Assembly (NCBI GenBank): GCA_021814005.1
Contig: JAKAJC010000004.1
Location: 230 to 64,229 of the forward strand
Direction: 5' to 3'
DNA from: Candidatus Micrarchaeota archaeon
Lineage (GTDB): Archaea; Micrarchaeota; Micrarchaeia; Anstonellales; Anstonellaceae
Length of the DNA: 64,000 nt
In this document: positions 27,200 to 36,263 of the stretch, piece after piece
How the letters are laid out: every line of letters starts with the position of its first letter
Numbering within the stretch: the first letter of the stretch is position 1
Notes under the pieces: model-generated
Told to the model about the DNA's origin: nothing
Database searches by the model: none
The model's input: the letters and a program-made list of their open reading frames with translations, nothing else
Position numbers and translations under genes: made by a program

Positions 27200-30100
27200 T
27201 TGGGAAAAGAAAAAGAAATTGAGAGCATGCGCGCACAGGCGCCGCACCCGTCGCGGGAATCGGACAGTGGAACAAATATCAATCTGTTGTTTTTGGCCGC
27301 CATCTCCCTCTCCCTTCTCTCCCTCATTTTCCTCTCGGGCTGCGTGCAGCCCAACTCCAACCTCTCCTACGGCGCGTGCTGCATGCAGAGCAATTCGTTC
27401 TATACCTGCCAGGTGCGCACCGACGCCAACGGCACGCAGCAGCGGGATTCGAACGGCAACCTTCTCATCGACGGCTGCGGCCCCTGCATTGCCGTTGCCA
27501 AGAACGGCACGGTTTACAACTCGTCCGGCCCAACCGACGCCGCGCTCTGCACAAACAACTGCAACTTCAAGCAGTCCAACTGCACCAATTTCGACGGCAA
27601 AAACACCTGCTATCTTGTGGACAAGAACATGCAGACAACCAACGAATCGGTGGGCCCGATTTGCATGGCCGCAACCGACCCGTGCGTGCAGAACAACTGC
27701 ACTGCCATGGTTTACGGCAAGCCGCTTCCATCCCCCAAGCGCAGCATCAACTCCCAGTCGGTGCAGCAGTCCAACAACCCGGACGGCAACGCGTTCAAGC
27801 AGGACGCGGCCAACCAGAAGACCGGCCTTGTGGGCCGCATCATGCAGTTCAGCCAGTTCAACACCCGCCTTGCCCGCCTCTTGAAAAGTCCGGACTGGTC
27901 TGTGAACACTTTGCGCCTCGGCCTCCAAGGACAATTTTCCGACTACGACCGCGCGCGTTTCTATCTTCCGCCCTCGGATTACTTCTGCCCGCAAAACAAC
28001 CCCAACGCAATAGTTGACCGCTACACCGCCTATCTGGACGGGTTGAGCGCGCTCCCGCCTTTCCGCTCATACTACACTGTCAATTACGCAACAACCTGCA
28101 GCCCCGGCCACAAAAAACCCCCGTATGGCGGCTGGTATTCAACATGCACCTGCACTCCCTCCAGCCCTCCCGCCCCGCCGTGCGGCAAGGATTTCATGGG
28201 TTCTTCTGCCCTTGATGCAGAAGACATGTGCAACTCCTCCTGCACGAATTTCAGCCGTGTATACAGCACGCCCAATTTCAAGAATCCGCTCAGCCTCTGC
28301 CGCCTCGAGCCGGCATCAGGCGCCAATCTCTCCTACTTCTACTGCGATGTCAATCCCGGGCTCAAGTTCACCATCGCCGACCCGTCCGACCAGCTGCGCG
28401 CATATCTTTCCTGCCAGAAAGCATGCAGTTACAGCCAATACCGCACATGCAGCCAGAATCAGGACCTTCTGACCTACAACGCCAATCTCCACCCCAATAT
28501 TTATTCGCCCTCCAATTGGCCTCCACAAACACCTCCGGCCGGCTCAATCCAGCCGTTCATCGACATCGACCAATATGCCAAGGCGCTTGCGAACGCTTAT
28601 CCGACTCCGACCGGGCCGGCCTGGTGCCCCGCGCTTGTGGCGCTAAGACCCGACCCTGCCAAGGAGGCGGCGATGAAGAATGACCCGCGCAATTACTACA
28701 AATGCCTTCTGCCCGAACCCAACAGTGCCGGCGCCAACCAGACCATAGCCGCCTACGGCATCACGGCCGACCAGTACAACACCACCTATATGAGCGAGGG
28801 CATCAAGCCCGGGCCTGCCGGCGGCAAGGTGTTTGAGTGCACCGGCGGCGGCGACTGCCTCTCCGGCATCTGCGACAAATCCACCTATTCGCGCACCTCA
28901 TGCTTCCTCAAAGACGGCTCTGCGGTTGACTGCGCCTGCCGCTGGGTAACCAATTGCAAGCTCGCGTACCAATGCTCGGGTTACGAAGCCCGCAGCATCA
29001 GAAAAGACCAGTGCGAGGTGAACCTCAACAACTGCCAGGAGGCACAGGGAGGCTCGGACTATCCGGTGCTGATGTGCGAGTACCGCATCAATCCGCTCAC
29101 TCCCCAGACCGCCAATCCGCCCATCCATGGCCTGCGCACCCCCTACGCCTCCAGTGGCAACTATGTTTTCAACGACGGCCGCAACGGCTACGGCATTCTG
29201 CATATCGAGGAATTCAACAAATACATCGACGCTGCGGTCGCGGACGCCGAGCTTGCCACGGTGCAAAGGCCCTCCACTTCGCTCGAATTGTGCCCAAGCC
29301 GCGTGCGCCGGCCATGCGCCTCTTCAACAGAACAGGGCTGCTATGTGAGGAACACCAATCCTCCCGACGTGTCGGTGCTCTGGCAGCATGACGGCGACAG
29401 CGACGTATACCAGAACATACCGGCCTACACGCCCACCTACGACGCCTGCCCAAGCGGCGGCACGCTGTCCAATGTCTCTGGCTGGAAAGACACTCCCAAG
29501 GCATTTGGCGACTATTTGCGCGACAGTTCCTACCCCTCGCGCGAAACATTTGCTCTCGTGCCCACGCAGCAGGCGGTGGCCGGGCCGGGAGGCGCGCATT
29601 TCATCACCACCAGCCGCTATGTGACATGGCAGAATGACAACTGCTATTTCTCGCTCTCCGGCTACACTCTGAGCGGCTCAAAATGTCCGGCAGACCAGGT
29701 CCGCTTCCCGCTCTTTCAGGCCTGCAACATGAGCGTTAATTCCGAATATTTCAACAAAGCCGCAGGCAGCAGGAGCTATCCTTATCAGGACGCGTATCAG
29801 GCCGAAATATACAATGCCCGCGGGCAGGATGCGGCCGGCTCCGCGTTTGATGTGAAATATGTGGACGGCTATTCCTACGACCCAAACAACAACGACACCC
29901 TTTATTCCTACGGCGGCTCTGACCCCTACCGCATAGACAAGACGTGGGCAATCTACAGTTTCGGCGCCTGCCAGGTCCAGCCAAGCACCCCATCCGCTCC
30001 GGCGGTGTCGGGCAAGAGCCCGCCGCCGGTGGTGTTCAGCTACGGCATGTGCCGCTCGTGCGGCACCCTGCTGTCCATGGCTTACCAGCCGGTGAAGGAT

Positions 30101-31864
30101 TCGCCTCTGGCCTTCCCATACGACTTCAACGGCTACTGCCCCTCGGGCTGCAAAAAGTATATTTGGAACGGCTTTCTGAATATGGGGCCGAAATTCTCGT
30201 GGTGCGCCGAGTGCCCGTCCAGCTATCCTGCGCAGACTTTCAGCCAATTCGCAAGAGGCTCGCCGGCAATGTATCCTGATTTCGGATTTCTGGCCGACAA
30301 AATCAACGAATACCAGTCATCCAACATCCTGCCAGTTCTGGATGTGCGCAACTACCACTATGCCGACGGGGGCAGCACTGTTGTGAGAGTGCCGTTCTCA
30401 AATCTCTGCCAGACGCTCGGCGGCAAGAGGGGCGGCTCCGGCGCAATCAACCAAAACGGCGGCGTGTATCAGGGTTCTGCCTGGGACTGCACCCTTCCCG
30501 CACAGCCCGACTGGCTGCTTGCATATCTGAACAAGAACCACTCGGCCGCGGTTCTTATCGTGGCCAACCTGCCCCCCGCCGCAATCGACCCGGCTGTCGT
30601 GCAGGCGGAGGTGGACCGCTCTGCGAAGGCCTGCCCCAACTGCCTGCGGGCGCTCGAATACGTCCCGCTTCTCACGCCTTCCGACGTGACGGGGGCAGAC
30701 TACAATTATCCTTCAGCCCTCAACGACTCGGTGGCTTCATACACGAACGTGTCATTCAATCCCCTGCGCGTCAGCACGCCTCCCGAATGGCTGTCCAACC
30801 GCGGCAAGAAGCCCGACAACGTGCGGCAGGTGGACATGATAGTGCTTGAGCTTGACATGTCCGGCGTGGACATGACCAACGAGACGACCGTGGACAACGC
30901 AGTCCTCGCTTATGTCAACCTCTCGCGCCGCCTGCTGCAGCACGTGGGCTGGCCGACAATTTGGAAAATCAATTACAGATTCGGCATGTACCCCTCCGCG
31001 CTCACCAACGACGTCCTCTACCGCCGCATCATAGCGCACGAGCGCGAGATGACGCTGGCAGGGGTGAGCGGCGTGCTTATGCCGGCCATGGACAACGGCG
31101 ACCCGGACGGGCACATCACCGGCCCGCCCACCGAGCAGTTCGGCCGCCTTCTTCCCAACACCGGCGGCTTGAGCGGCTCGAGCCTTATCCGCGCATCCGG
31201 CACGCCTTTCTGCGCCCTGCAAAATGCCTCGGCCGAATTCCTGCATCCCAAGATGATGGTCGGCACCCAGAAAATTCTGGCCAAGAACAACTGCTCCTGC
31301 CTGCCGTGCAGCGACATGGACCTTCTGGCCGGCAACTGCAACAACAAGTGCTATGACGGGCTGGCCTGCGAGGCTCCCGGCGGCGGCACAAGCGCCGGCA
31401 GCAAGTGCGAGCCATACTGCGTGCGCAACAGCTTCTGCCAAAACAACCTGTGCAACGGCACCCAGATTGGAAGCAAGACAACAACCTGCACCGCCCTGCG
31501 CCCCACCAACCTGCCGCCTGTCTCCTGCGGCGCCAACAACGCCCTCTTCCCCAAGTGCGACGTGCTGGCCGATGCCGCGCTCAAAGACATAGCCGCATTG
31601 CCGCAGGCGCCGCAGCTTATCGGCGGATTGCCGCCGGGGCAGGGCTGCTGCCTGTCGCAGAATCGCACCTATTACACCTACCGCTCTGCCGGTTCTGCCG
31701 CCACTTCAGCAGAGCCGGTCATTTTCCCCGGCTACGGCGCCAACACCACAGACTGCGGGCGCGTGCCGGACCCGGGCGACCCCTATTCCGACCCGTCCGC
31801 AAACTGCGCCGTGCCGCCTGCTCCGCTAAGCAATGTGATGTGGACCTGCACCCCGCCGAGATGA
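27200..31864 (+). CDS. Operon gene 9: 1554-aa Cys-rich secreted protein with a lipobox-like signal (LIFLSGC), lacking the paralog membrane module
   Basis: TTG 27200 lies 1 nt after the gene 8 stop, with AGGTGA 6 nt upstream; ATG 27227 is the alternative start. About 75 Cys by hand count. There is no C-terminal TM and no family recognised. Confidence 0.85.
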   Translation: MGKEKEIESMRAQAPHPSRESDSGTNINLLFLAAISLSLLSLIFLSGCVQPNSNLSYGACCMQSNSFYTCQVRTDANGTQQRDSNGNLLIDGCGPCIAVAKNGTVYNSSGPTDAALCTNNCNFKQSNCTNFDGKNTCYLVDKNMQTTNESVGPICMAATDPCVQNNCTAMVYGKPLPSPKRSINSQSVQQSNNPDGNAFKQDAANQKTGLVGRIMQFSQFNTRLARLLKSPDWSVNTLRLGLQGQFSDYDRARFYLPPSDYFCPQNNPNAIVDRYTAYLDGLSALPPFRSYYTVNYATTCSPGHKKPPYGGWYSTCTCTPSSPPAPPCGKDFMGSSALDAEDMCNSSCTNFSRVYSTPNFKNPLSLCRLEPASGANLSYFYCDVNPGLKFTIADPSDQLRAYLSCQKACSYSQYRTCSQNQDLLTYNANLHPNIYSPSNWPPQTPPAGSIQPFIDIDQYAKALANAYPTPTGPAWCPALVALRPDPAKEAAMKNDPRNYYKCLLPEPNSAGANQTIAAYGITADQYNTTYMSEGIKPGPAGGKVFECTGGGDCLSGICDKSTYSRTSCFLKDGSAVDCACRWVTNCKLAYQCSGYEARSIRKDQCEVNLNNCQEAQGGSDYPVLMCEYRINPLTPQTANPPIHGLRTPYASSGNYVFNDGRNGYGILHIEEFNKYIDAAVADAELATVQRPSTSLELCPSRVRRPCASSTEQGCYVRNTNPPDVSVLWQHDGDSDVYQNIPAYTPTYDACPSGGTLSNVSGWKDTPKAFGDYLRDSSYPSRETFALVPTQQAVAGPGGAHFITTSRYVTWQNDNCYFSLSGYTLSGSKCPADQVRFPLFQACNMSVNSEYFNKAAGSRSYPYQDAYQAEIYNARGQDAAGSAFDVKYVDGYSYDPNNNDTLYSYGGSDPYRIDKTWAIYSFGACQVQPSTPSAPAVSGKSPPPVVFSYGMCRSCGTLLSMAYQPVKDSPLAFPYDFNGYCPSGCKKYIWNGFLNMGPKFSWCAECPSSYPAQTFSQFARGSPAMYPDFGFLADKINEYQSSNILPVLDVRNYHYADGGSTVVRVPFSNLCQTLGGKRGGSGAINQNGGVYQGSAWDCTLPAQPDWLLAYLNKNHSAAVLIVANLPPAAIDPAVVQAEVDRSAKACPNCLRALEYVPLLTPSDVTGADYNYPSALNDSVASYTNVSFNPLRVSTPPEWLSNRGKKPDNVRQVDMIVLELDMSGVDMTNETTVDNAVLAYVNLSRRLLQHVGWPTIWKINYRFGMYPSALTNDVLYRRIIAHEREMTLAGVSGVLMPAMDNGDPDGHITGPPTEQFGRLLPNTGGLSGSSLIRASGTPFCALQNASAEFLHPKMMVGTQKILAKNNCSCLPCSDMDLLAGNCNNKCYDGLACEAPGGGTSAGSKCEPYCVRNSFCQNNLCNGTQIGSKTTTCTALRPTNLPPVSCGANNALFPKCDVLADAALKDIAALPQAPQLIGGLPPGQGCCLSQNRTYYTYRSAGSAATSAEPVIFPGYGANTTDCGRVPDPGDPYSDPSANCAVPPAPLSNVMWTCTPPR

Positions 31865-31909
31865 GCGGGCATCAGCGCAATCGCCGTCTCGGCAGGTCCG
31901 ACCTCTTCG

Positions 31910-31917
31910 TTTATATT
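31910..31917 (+). promoter_or_regulatory. TATA-like box upstream of tRNA-His
   Basis: TTTATATT lies 29-36 nt upstream of the tRNA 5' end. Confidence 0.35.
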
Positions 31918-31945
31918 GTTACTTCGTCCCAGATTAATTTATCGT

Positions 31946-32058
31946 GGCCAAGGTGGTGTAGCCTGGTAGCACTGGGGATTGTGGAAACCCCTTGCCCGGA
32001 TTGTCGGGCAATTAGTTGCAGACCTCCCTTAGCCCGGGTTCAAATCCCGGCCTTGGCC
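31946..32058 (+). tRNA. tRNA-His (GUG) with genome-encoded G-1 and a 39-nt intron at the canonical 37/38 position
   Basis: Hand fold: G-1:C73 gives an 8-bp acceptor (GGCCAAGG/CCTTGGCC). D arm GTGT/GCAC. Anticodon stem GGGGA/TCCCT with loop TTGTGG|intron 31985-32023|C. T arm CCGGG-TTCAAAT-CCCGG. The intron contains a 7-bp hairpin, TTGCCCG/CGGGCAA. Confidence 0.8.
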
Positions 32059-32065
32059 CATTTTT

Positions 32066-32740
32066 TTATTCTCTGCGCCTGTCTTTTACCGGCTCTTCCT
32101 TTTCGCCTTTCTCAAGCCGAAGCAAAAACGTGGAGCGCAAAAGCGGCTTGCCGTTTTTCTCGCCGACCAGCTTTTCTGTTCGCACGAATTTGTAGCCCTC
32201 GAGGCGGATGATGTTTTCCACATCCTTTTTTTCGCCGACCTGAATGTCCATGCCGCCGTGCATGGGTGCAACATCCTGCAAAAACGTCCTGCGCTCGAGG
32301 CGGCGCACCAGCCTCTTTCTCGCGCTCTCCACACGCACCGGGTCTCCGCGAATCTGAATTATTGCCTCATGATAGCTGCTTCCAATGCGGCCGCAGTTGG
32401 GGCACATATGCTCCGTGTACTTGACTGTAAATGGATGCGTATATGCAATTTTCGCCCCCTCCTCGTTGAATATGCCCTCCCACTGCTGCGCCTCTATATT
32501 GTAATGGCCATTCAGCCCCTTTTTCTCGAACTGGTGAGACACCAAATCCGAAACCAGCTGCGCGTCGGGGTGTTTCCACTCCCTGTCCCGATAAACGCGC
32601 TTGCAGGTGGGGCACTGCTTGAGCTCAAGGCCGCTCGGCCAGTCCTTGCGGCTGCGGTCAAGCGTGCATTCCACGCACAGCTCGCCAACAAAAGGCCTCT
32701 CGTTGGATGACTTGCCGCAGACTGGGCATATTCTTTCCAT
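32066..32740 (-). CDS. nmd3: NMD3 family (60S subunit export/maturation adaptor homolog)
   Basis: N-terminal CPVCG...CVEC...CPTC zinc clusters plus a later CPNCG, with the overall NMD3-like pattern, in 224 aa. Confidence 0.8.
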   Translation of the reverse strand: MERICPVCGKSSNERPFVGELCVECTLDRSRKDWPSGLELKQCPTCKRVYRDREWKHPDAQLVSDLVSHQFEKKGLNGHYNIEAQQWEGIFNEEGAKIAYTHPFTVKYTEHMCPNCGRIGSSYHEAIIQIRGDPVRVESARKRLVRRLERRTFLQDVAPMHGGMDIQVGEKKDVENIIRLEGYKFVRTEKLVGEKNGKPLLRSTFLLRLEKGEKEEPVKDRRRE

Positions 32741-32762
32741 GATGTCTTTTGGCGCGTCCGGA

Positions 32763-32777
32763 CATTATAATATATAC
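32763..32777. promoter_or_regulatory. AT-rich bidirectional TATA region between nmd3 and a small ORF
   Basis: CATTATAATATATAC lies 23-37 nt from ATG 32740 (minus strand) and 23-37 nt from ATG 32800 (plus strand). This spacing suggests both transcripts are leaderless. Confidence 0.45.
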
Positions 32778-32799
32778 TTTTACTCGTCCACCCAATCCC

Positions 32800-33012
32800 A
32801 TGGAAGAAGAGAAGGCCAACGCCAATTCGGAGCTGCGCTATATCGCGCTCGAGCTGACCAAACTCGCCGAGAAGCGCAAAAAGCCGTTCAAAATCGTGGC
32901 TGCCGAATACATGCTCAATGTTTTCGAATTGGAAAGCATGCTGCGCGCAGCCCCGCCAGTTCCGCGCACAGGCCGCAAAACGCGCCACTCCATAAGCGAG
33001 CGCGAACAATAA
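32800..33012 (+). CDS. Small hypothetical protein (70 aa), helical and Lys/Glu-rich
   Basis: In-frame ATG of track ORF 32749..33012 at leaderless distance from the TATA region, followed by a T-rich tract. No family recognised. Confidence 0.45.
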   Translation: MEEEKANANSELRYIALELTKLAEKRKKPFKIVAAEYMLNVFELESMLRAAPPVPRTGRKTRHSISEREQ

Positions 33013-33107
33013 TTTCATTTTCCTCTTTTTTCATTTTCTTGTTTTTGTGTTTTTCTTAATTTCAGCCAATCCCTCATCTTTTTAGCCCCTCGCGTTGTTC
33101 CTCTCCT

Positions 33108-34910
33108 ATGGAATCAGCCAAGACGGCGCTGGGGCTCACCCGCTATTTCGTGGCCCTGCCGCCCGCCAAGCACATGCTCGCCTTTCTCCTTCTCTCCACG
33201 CTCATAGGCGGCGCGCTGCTTGACTGGGCCCGCTCCGGCCGCCTTGACGGCGTTTCTCTTATGAGCGGCGCGGGCAGCGCGCTTATCACCATCGCCATTC
33301 CCTCCCTCATTGCCGCGGGCGCATTGGCGGTTTTGCGCAGGCGCGTAACCCCGCAGCGCGCCTTGGCGGTCGGCCTGATTTCAGGGCTGACCTATCTGTT
33401 CTTTTTCATCTGTGCCGCCGCCCTGAGCCACTTCTATCTTCCGGCATCCAACCTTGTCTTTGTGGGTTTTGGCGTCGCATTTCTTCTCTGGCTCACGGTT
33501 CTCAAATACGCGTTCGGCCTCACCCGCTCGGCATGGCTGTTTGCCATCGCCCAGCTTTTGGGCTACACTTTCTTCATGCTGGCCGGCTCCTCGCTCTATC
33601 TGGAGGCCCCCACCGACACCCTGATGCGCGTGGTGCTTGCAGCATCCGTGTTCGTGGCCGCCCTTTATGCAGTGCTCTCATTTGCCTCCGGCCCCCTCAA
33701 GCGCAATCTCGGGCTCAAATCAGGCGACATATTGTCAGGCTTTTCCAGCCAGTGGCTTTTTGGTGAAAACGATTTGGAGGAGGCGTTTGACGAAATCGGC
33801 GAAAACGTGCAAACCTATGTTGGCATGGCCGAGTGGCGCACAAAGCACGGCAATCTGCGGTGGGTGGTGCCCTATGTCCACTTCGGCCCGTTCGGCTCAT
33901 TGGGCGGCAGCCACTTTTCCTACAAAATGGCCGAGGCCCTCTCAAACCAGCGCACAATGGCAATGGTGTTTCACGGCACCTGCACCCACGACTTTGACCC
34001 GGTTTCATCCAAGCAAATCAACGCACTTCTGGCGGCCTGCCAGACCATGAGTTCAAAATTCTCTTTCAAACCCGCGCGCTTCACATACAAAGAGGGCAGT
34101 GCCGGCGCCAGCCGCTGCTACTTTCTGGCTGTAAACAATTCCGCCCTGCCAAGCTTTTCGCGCGCGCCACTTTCCACAGAAGACGTGAATTTCGGAGTGG
34201 GCCTTGCGCTTATGGCAAGGGCCGAAACAGCATATTCAAACGCCCTTGTCTTCGACTGCCACAATGCCGAGACGGGAGATTTGGATTATATCGAGCCCGG
34301 CTCGGCCGAGTCGTTTGAAATGATTGACTCTTTGGAGCACGCATTGTCGAGCATGGCCAAAAATACAAAATCCTCCCCAATGTGCGCAGGCTGGTCTGCA
34401 TCAGATGCAGAAGGCATAGGCGGCATCGGAGACGGCGGAATAAAGGTGAGCTGCTTTGCGCCCGCAGGCCGCGCAGACGAATCCCTTTTCTACATCCTCA
34501 TCGACTCCAACGGCATCACCGCCGGCGCGCGCGACCGGCTTATCGGCGCTGTGCGCACCTATTACCCGCGCTCATCGTTTATCGAAGTGCTCACAACCGA
34601 CACCCACCAGCTCAATTCAGTGCGCGGCGTGTTCAACCCCGCAGGCGCGACAGACGAGGCCGCGCTTGAGAAAATGGCGGTGCAATTGTGCGCGCAGGCG
34701 CACGGCCGCCTCTCGCCCGCCACATTCGCAATGGCAAAGCAGAGGGTAGAGGTGAAAGTGCTAGGGCCTTATCAGTCAGCCGAAATAGTCGCAACCCTAA
34801 ATTCGGTTGTCGCGGTGCTCAAATTCGCCCTGCCAATAATATTTTTGGCAGCCATCGCGCTGGTGCTGTTCATACTCGGCAAAATTCCGGGAAGCACGAT
34901 AGCATTATAA
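33108..34910 (+). CDS. Polytopic membrane protein (600 aa) with a large soluble C-terminal domain and a terminal TM; possibly DUF2070-like
   Basis: The N-terminal ~200 aa has several hydrophobic helices, a ~350-aa soluble region follows, and there is a final TM (LPIIFLAAIALVLFILG). The size and architecture resemble archaeal DUF2070, but this is unverified. Confidence 0.7.
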   Translation: MESAKTALGLTRYFVALPPAKHMLAFLLLSTLIGGALLDWARSGRLDGVSLMSGAGSALITIAIPSLIAAGALAVLRRRVTPQRALAVGLISGLTYLFFFICAAALSHFYLPASNLVFVGFGVAFLLWLTVLKYAFGLTRSAWLFAIAQLLGYTFFMLAGSSLYLEAPTDTLMRVVLAASVFVAALYAVLSFASGPLKRNLGLKSGDILSGFSSQWLFGENDLEEAFDEIGENVQTYVGMAEWRTKHGNLRWVVPYVHFGPFGSLGGSHFSYKMAEALSNQRTMAMVFHGTCTHDFDPVSSKQINALLAACQTMSSKFSFKPARFTYKEGSAGASRCYFLAVNNSALPSFSRAPLSTEDVNFGVGLALMARAETAYSNALVFDCHNAETGDLDYIEPGSAESFEMIDSLEHALSSMAKNTKSSPMCAGWSASDAEGIGGIGDGGIKVSCFAPAGRADESLFYILIDSNGITAGARDRLIGAVRTYYPRSSFIEVLTTDTHQLNSVRGVFNPAGATDEAALEKMAVQLCAQAHGRLSPATFAMAKQRVEVKVLGPYQSAEIVATLNSVVAVLKFALPIIFLAAIALVLFILGKIPGSTIAL

Positions 34911-34986
34911 ACTAAAACAACACTATCTATAACAAGCATATCATCCAATCTTCAGCGGCCAGCTTGAAGCTTAGAGGTGCATTTCG

Positions 34987-35460
34987 ATGAAAGACAAAAT
35001 ATTCATAGCCAAACTAATGAAGCTCCCGGTGCCCATAGTCAGCATCAGCGGCATCCCCACCCTGCCTGAGCTCAAGCAGCACATCCACCTTGCGAATGCC
35101 GGCTCCAAGCACATAGTGATAAGCGCCCACCACATCTTCAACGCCCGCCATGTTCCGTCAGATGAAAAAATCTCATGGGCTCAGGACAAGCTGAAAGCAA
35201 TCAAAACGTCTGAAAACGCCATTAACGGCTTTTCAGAGCTTTTGAATCAGGATTCGGCCCTGCTTGCCCACTGGTACAATGTCCGAATTTTTGATTTGGC
35301 CGACAGAAAAGACACCCTTATCAGCATGGTGTACAAGCTGCAATACTGGGATTTTGTCCAGGAGGAAACAAGGAACGGAAGGGAGCCCATAAACCTGCAT
35401 CTTCAGAAAACCGAAGACAAAATCGCCATCTTTGTGGACGGCAAACACATCAACCCTTAG
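34987..35460 (+). CDS. Hypothetical protein (157 aa)
   Basis: ATG is preceded by GAGGTG with 8-nt spacing. GC is visibly lower than in the neighbours. No family recognised. Confidence 0.6.
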   Translation: MKDKIFIAKLMKLPVPIVSISGIPTLPELKQHIHLANAGSKHIVISAHHIFNARHVPSDEKISWAQDKLKAIKTSENAINGFSELLNQDSALLAHWYNVRIFDLADRKDTLISMVYKLQYWDFVQEETRNGREPINLHLQKTEDKIAIFVDGKHINP

Positions 35461-35533
35461 GCCGGCCAAGTATAATTCGAGAATAATGAAGATAATTAGT
35501 TTTCCAAGGTTTTTTGCCTCGAGCAAAAAAGCT

Positions 35534-35607
35534 TGCCAATGGCCGGATTTGAACCAGCAACACATCGGTCTTCAGCCGATTGCTCTCCCAGGTTGAGCTA
35601 CATTGGC
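35534..35607 (-). tRNA. tRNA-Phe (GAA)
   Basis: Hand fold of the reverse complement: GCCAATG-TA-GCTC-AACCTGGGA-GAGC-A-ATCGG-CTGAAGA-CCGAT-GTGTT-GCTGG-TTCAAAT-CCGGC-CATTGGC-A. TTTTTATTC lies ~25-33 nt upstream. Confidence 0.9.
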
Positions 35608-35660
35608 GCGAATGAACTAGGCACAAGCAAAGAATAAAAACAAGCGTTTGGGGGCAGACG

Positions 35661-36263
35661 TCATTTTCCGCCGCCTATCTTCGGCCTTGAGGTCAAAAGC
35701 TGCCTGCCAAGCTCTCGGTGCCCGTCCCGCATGGCGTCATTTTCCAAAAGCCGGCGGATGGCCTCCCAATCCCTGTTGCAGGCCATTTCAACCAGCACGC
35801 CGGGCACTATGTGCATGTTTTCAAAATTCTCGTGGGCCAGATTTACCAAAAGCTCCTTTTTCCCGCCCAGCGAGAGCAATTTGATTGAATTGGCAATAAG
35901 CGTCTTGCGCTGGCGCATGTCGAACTCCCCTTTAGTGGCTCCCACCACGCAGGCCTTGAGCAGGCCCTCGGTCACGCTCATCCCGACTTCGGGGTGGCTG
36001 ACCAGCAGGTGCGAGGACGGGTCTGATGCCAGCGCATTCACCAGCTGAAAAGTTTTGTCATAGCGGCCCACTTTTATTGACGGCATTATCCATTTGCCTA
36101 CGCTAAGTGTAATCTCGCCCAGCGGCACGCGGTCTTTGCCCTCCTTTTTGGCCTGCGTGATGCGGTGCTCCAAATCTTTTTTGAACAAATGAGGCCAGAA
36201 CCTTTTGTCGTTGGCCTTATTCGCCTGCGGATTAGCCCACCATCTGTTTTGCATACCCGTCAC
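35661..36263 (-). CDS. Hypothetical protein (200 aa)
   Basis: Clean ORF divergent from the Lon-like gene. No family recognised. Confidence 0.6.
   Translation of the reverse strand: MTGMQNRWWANPQANKANDKRFWPHLFKKDLEHRITQAKKEGKDRVPLGEITLSVGKWIMPSIKVGRYDKTFQLVNALASDPSSHLLVSHPEVGMSVTEGLLKACVVGATKGEFDMRQRKTLIANSIKLLSLGGKKELLVNLAHENFENMHIVPGVLVEMACNRDWEAIRRLLENDAMRDGHRELGRQLLTSRPKIGGGK

Noticed and set aside
16229-31441. Numerous 100-380-aa antisense or out-of-frame ORFs inside the big operon (e.g. 16229..17110, 17080..17877, 21612..22742, 26958..27884, 27182..27994, 29678..30247, 30752..31441)
   Set aside because: All overlap the long sense-frame ORFs, which carry coherent TM/Cys/motif architecture. 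Their own translations are Arg/Gly/Ala/His-rich, as is typical of GC-rich shadow frames.
31946-32058. Alternative reading of the 113-nt tRNA as a class II (long variable arm) tRNA
   Set aside because: The extra segment would be ~40 nt, far beyond Leu/Ser variable arms. The GGGGA/TCCCT stem, the GUG anticodon and G-1:C73 fit intron-containing tRNA-His.
31405-32211. 268-aa ORF spanning the end of operon gene 9, tRNA-His and the nmd3 3' end
   Set aside because: It overlaps a tRNA and two better-supported genes, and its translation is Arg/Pro/Ala-rich.
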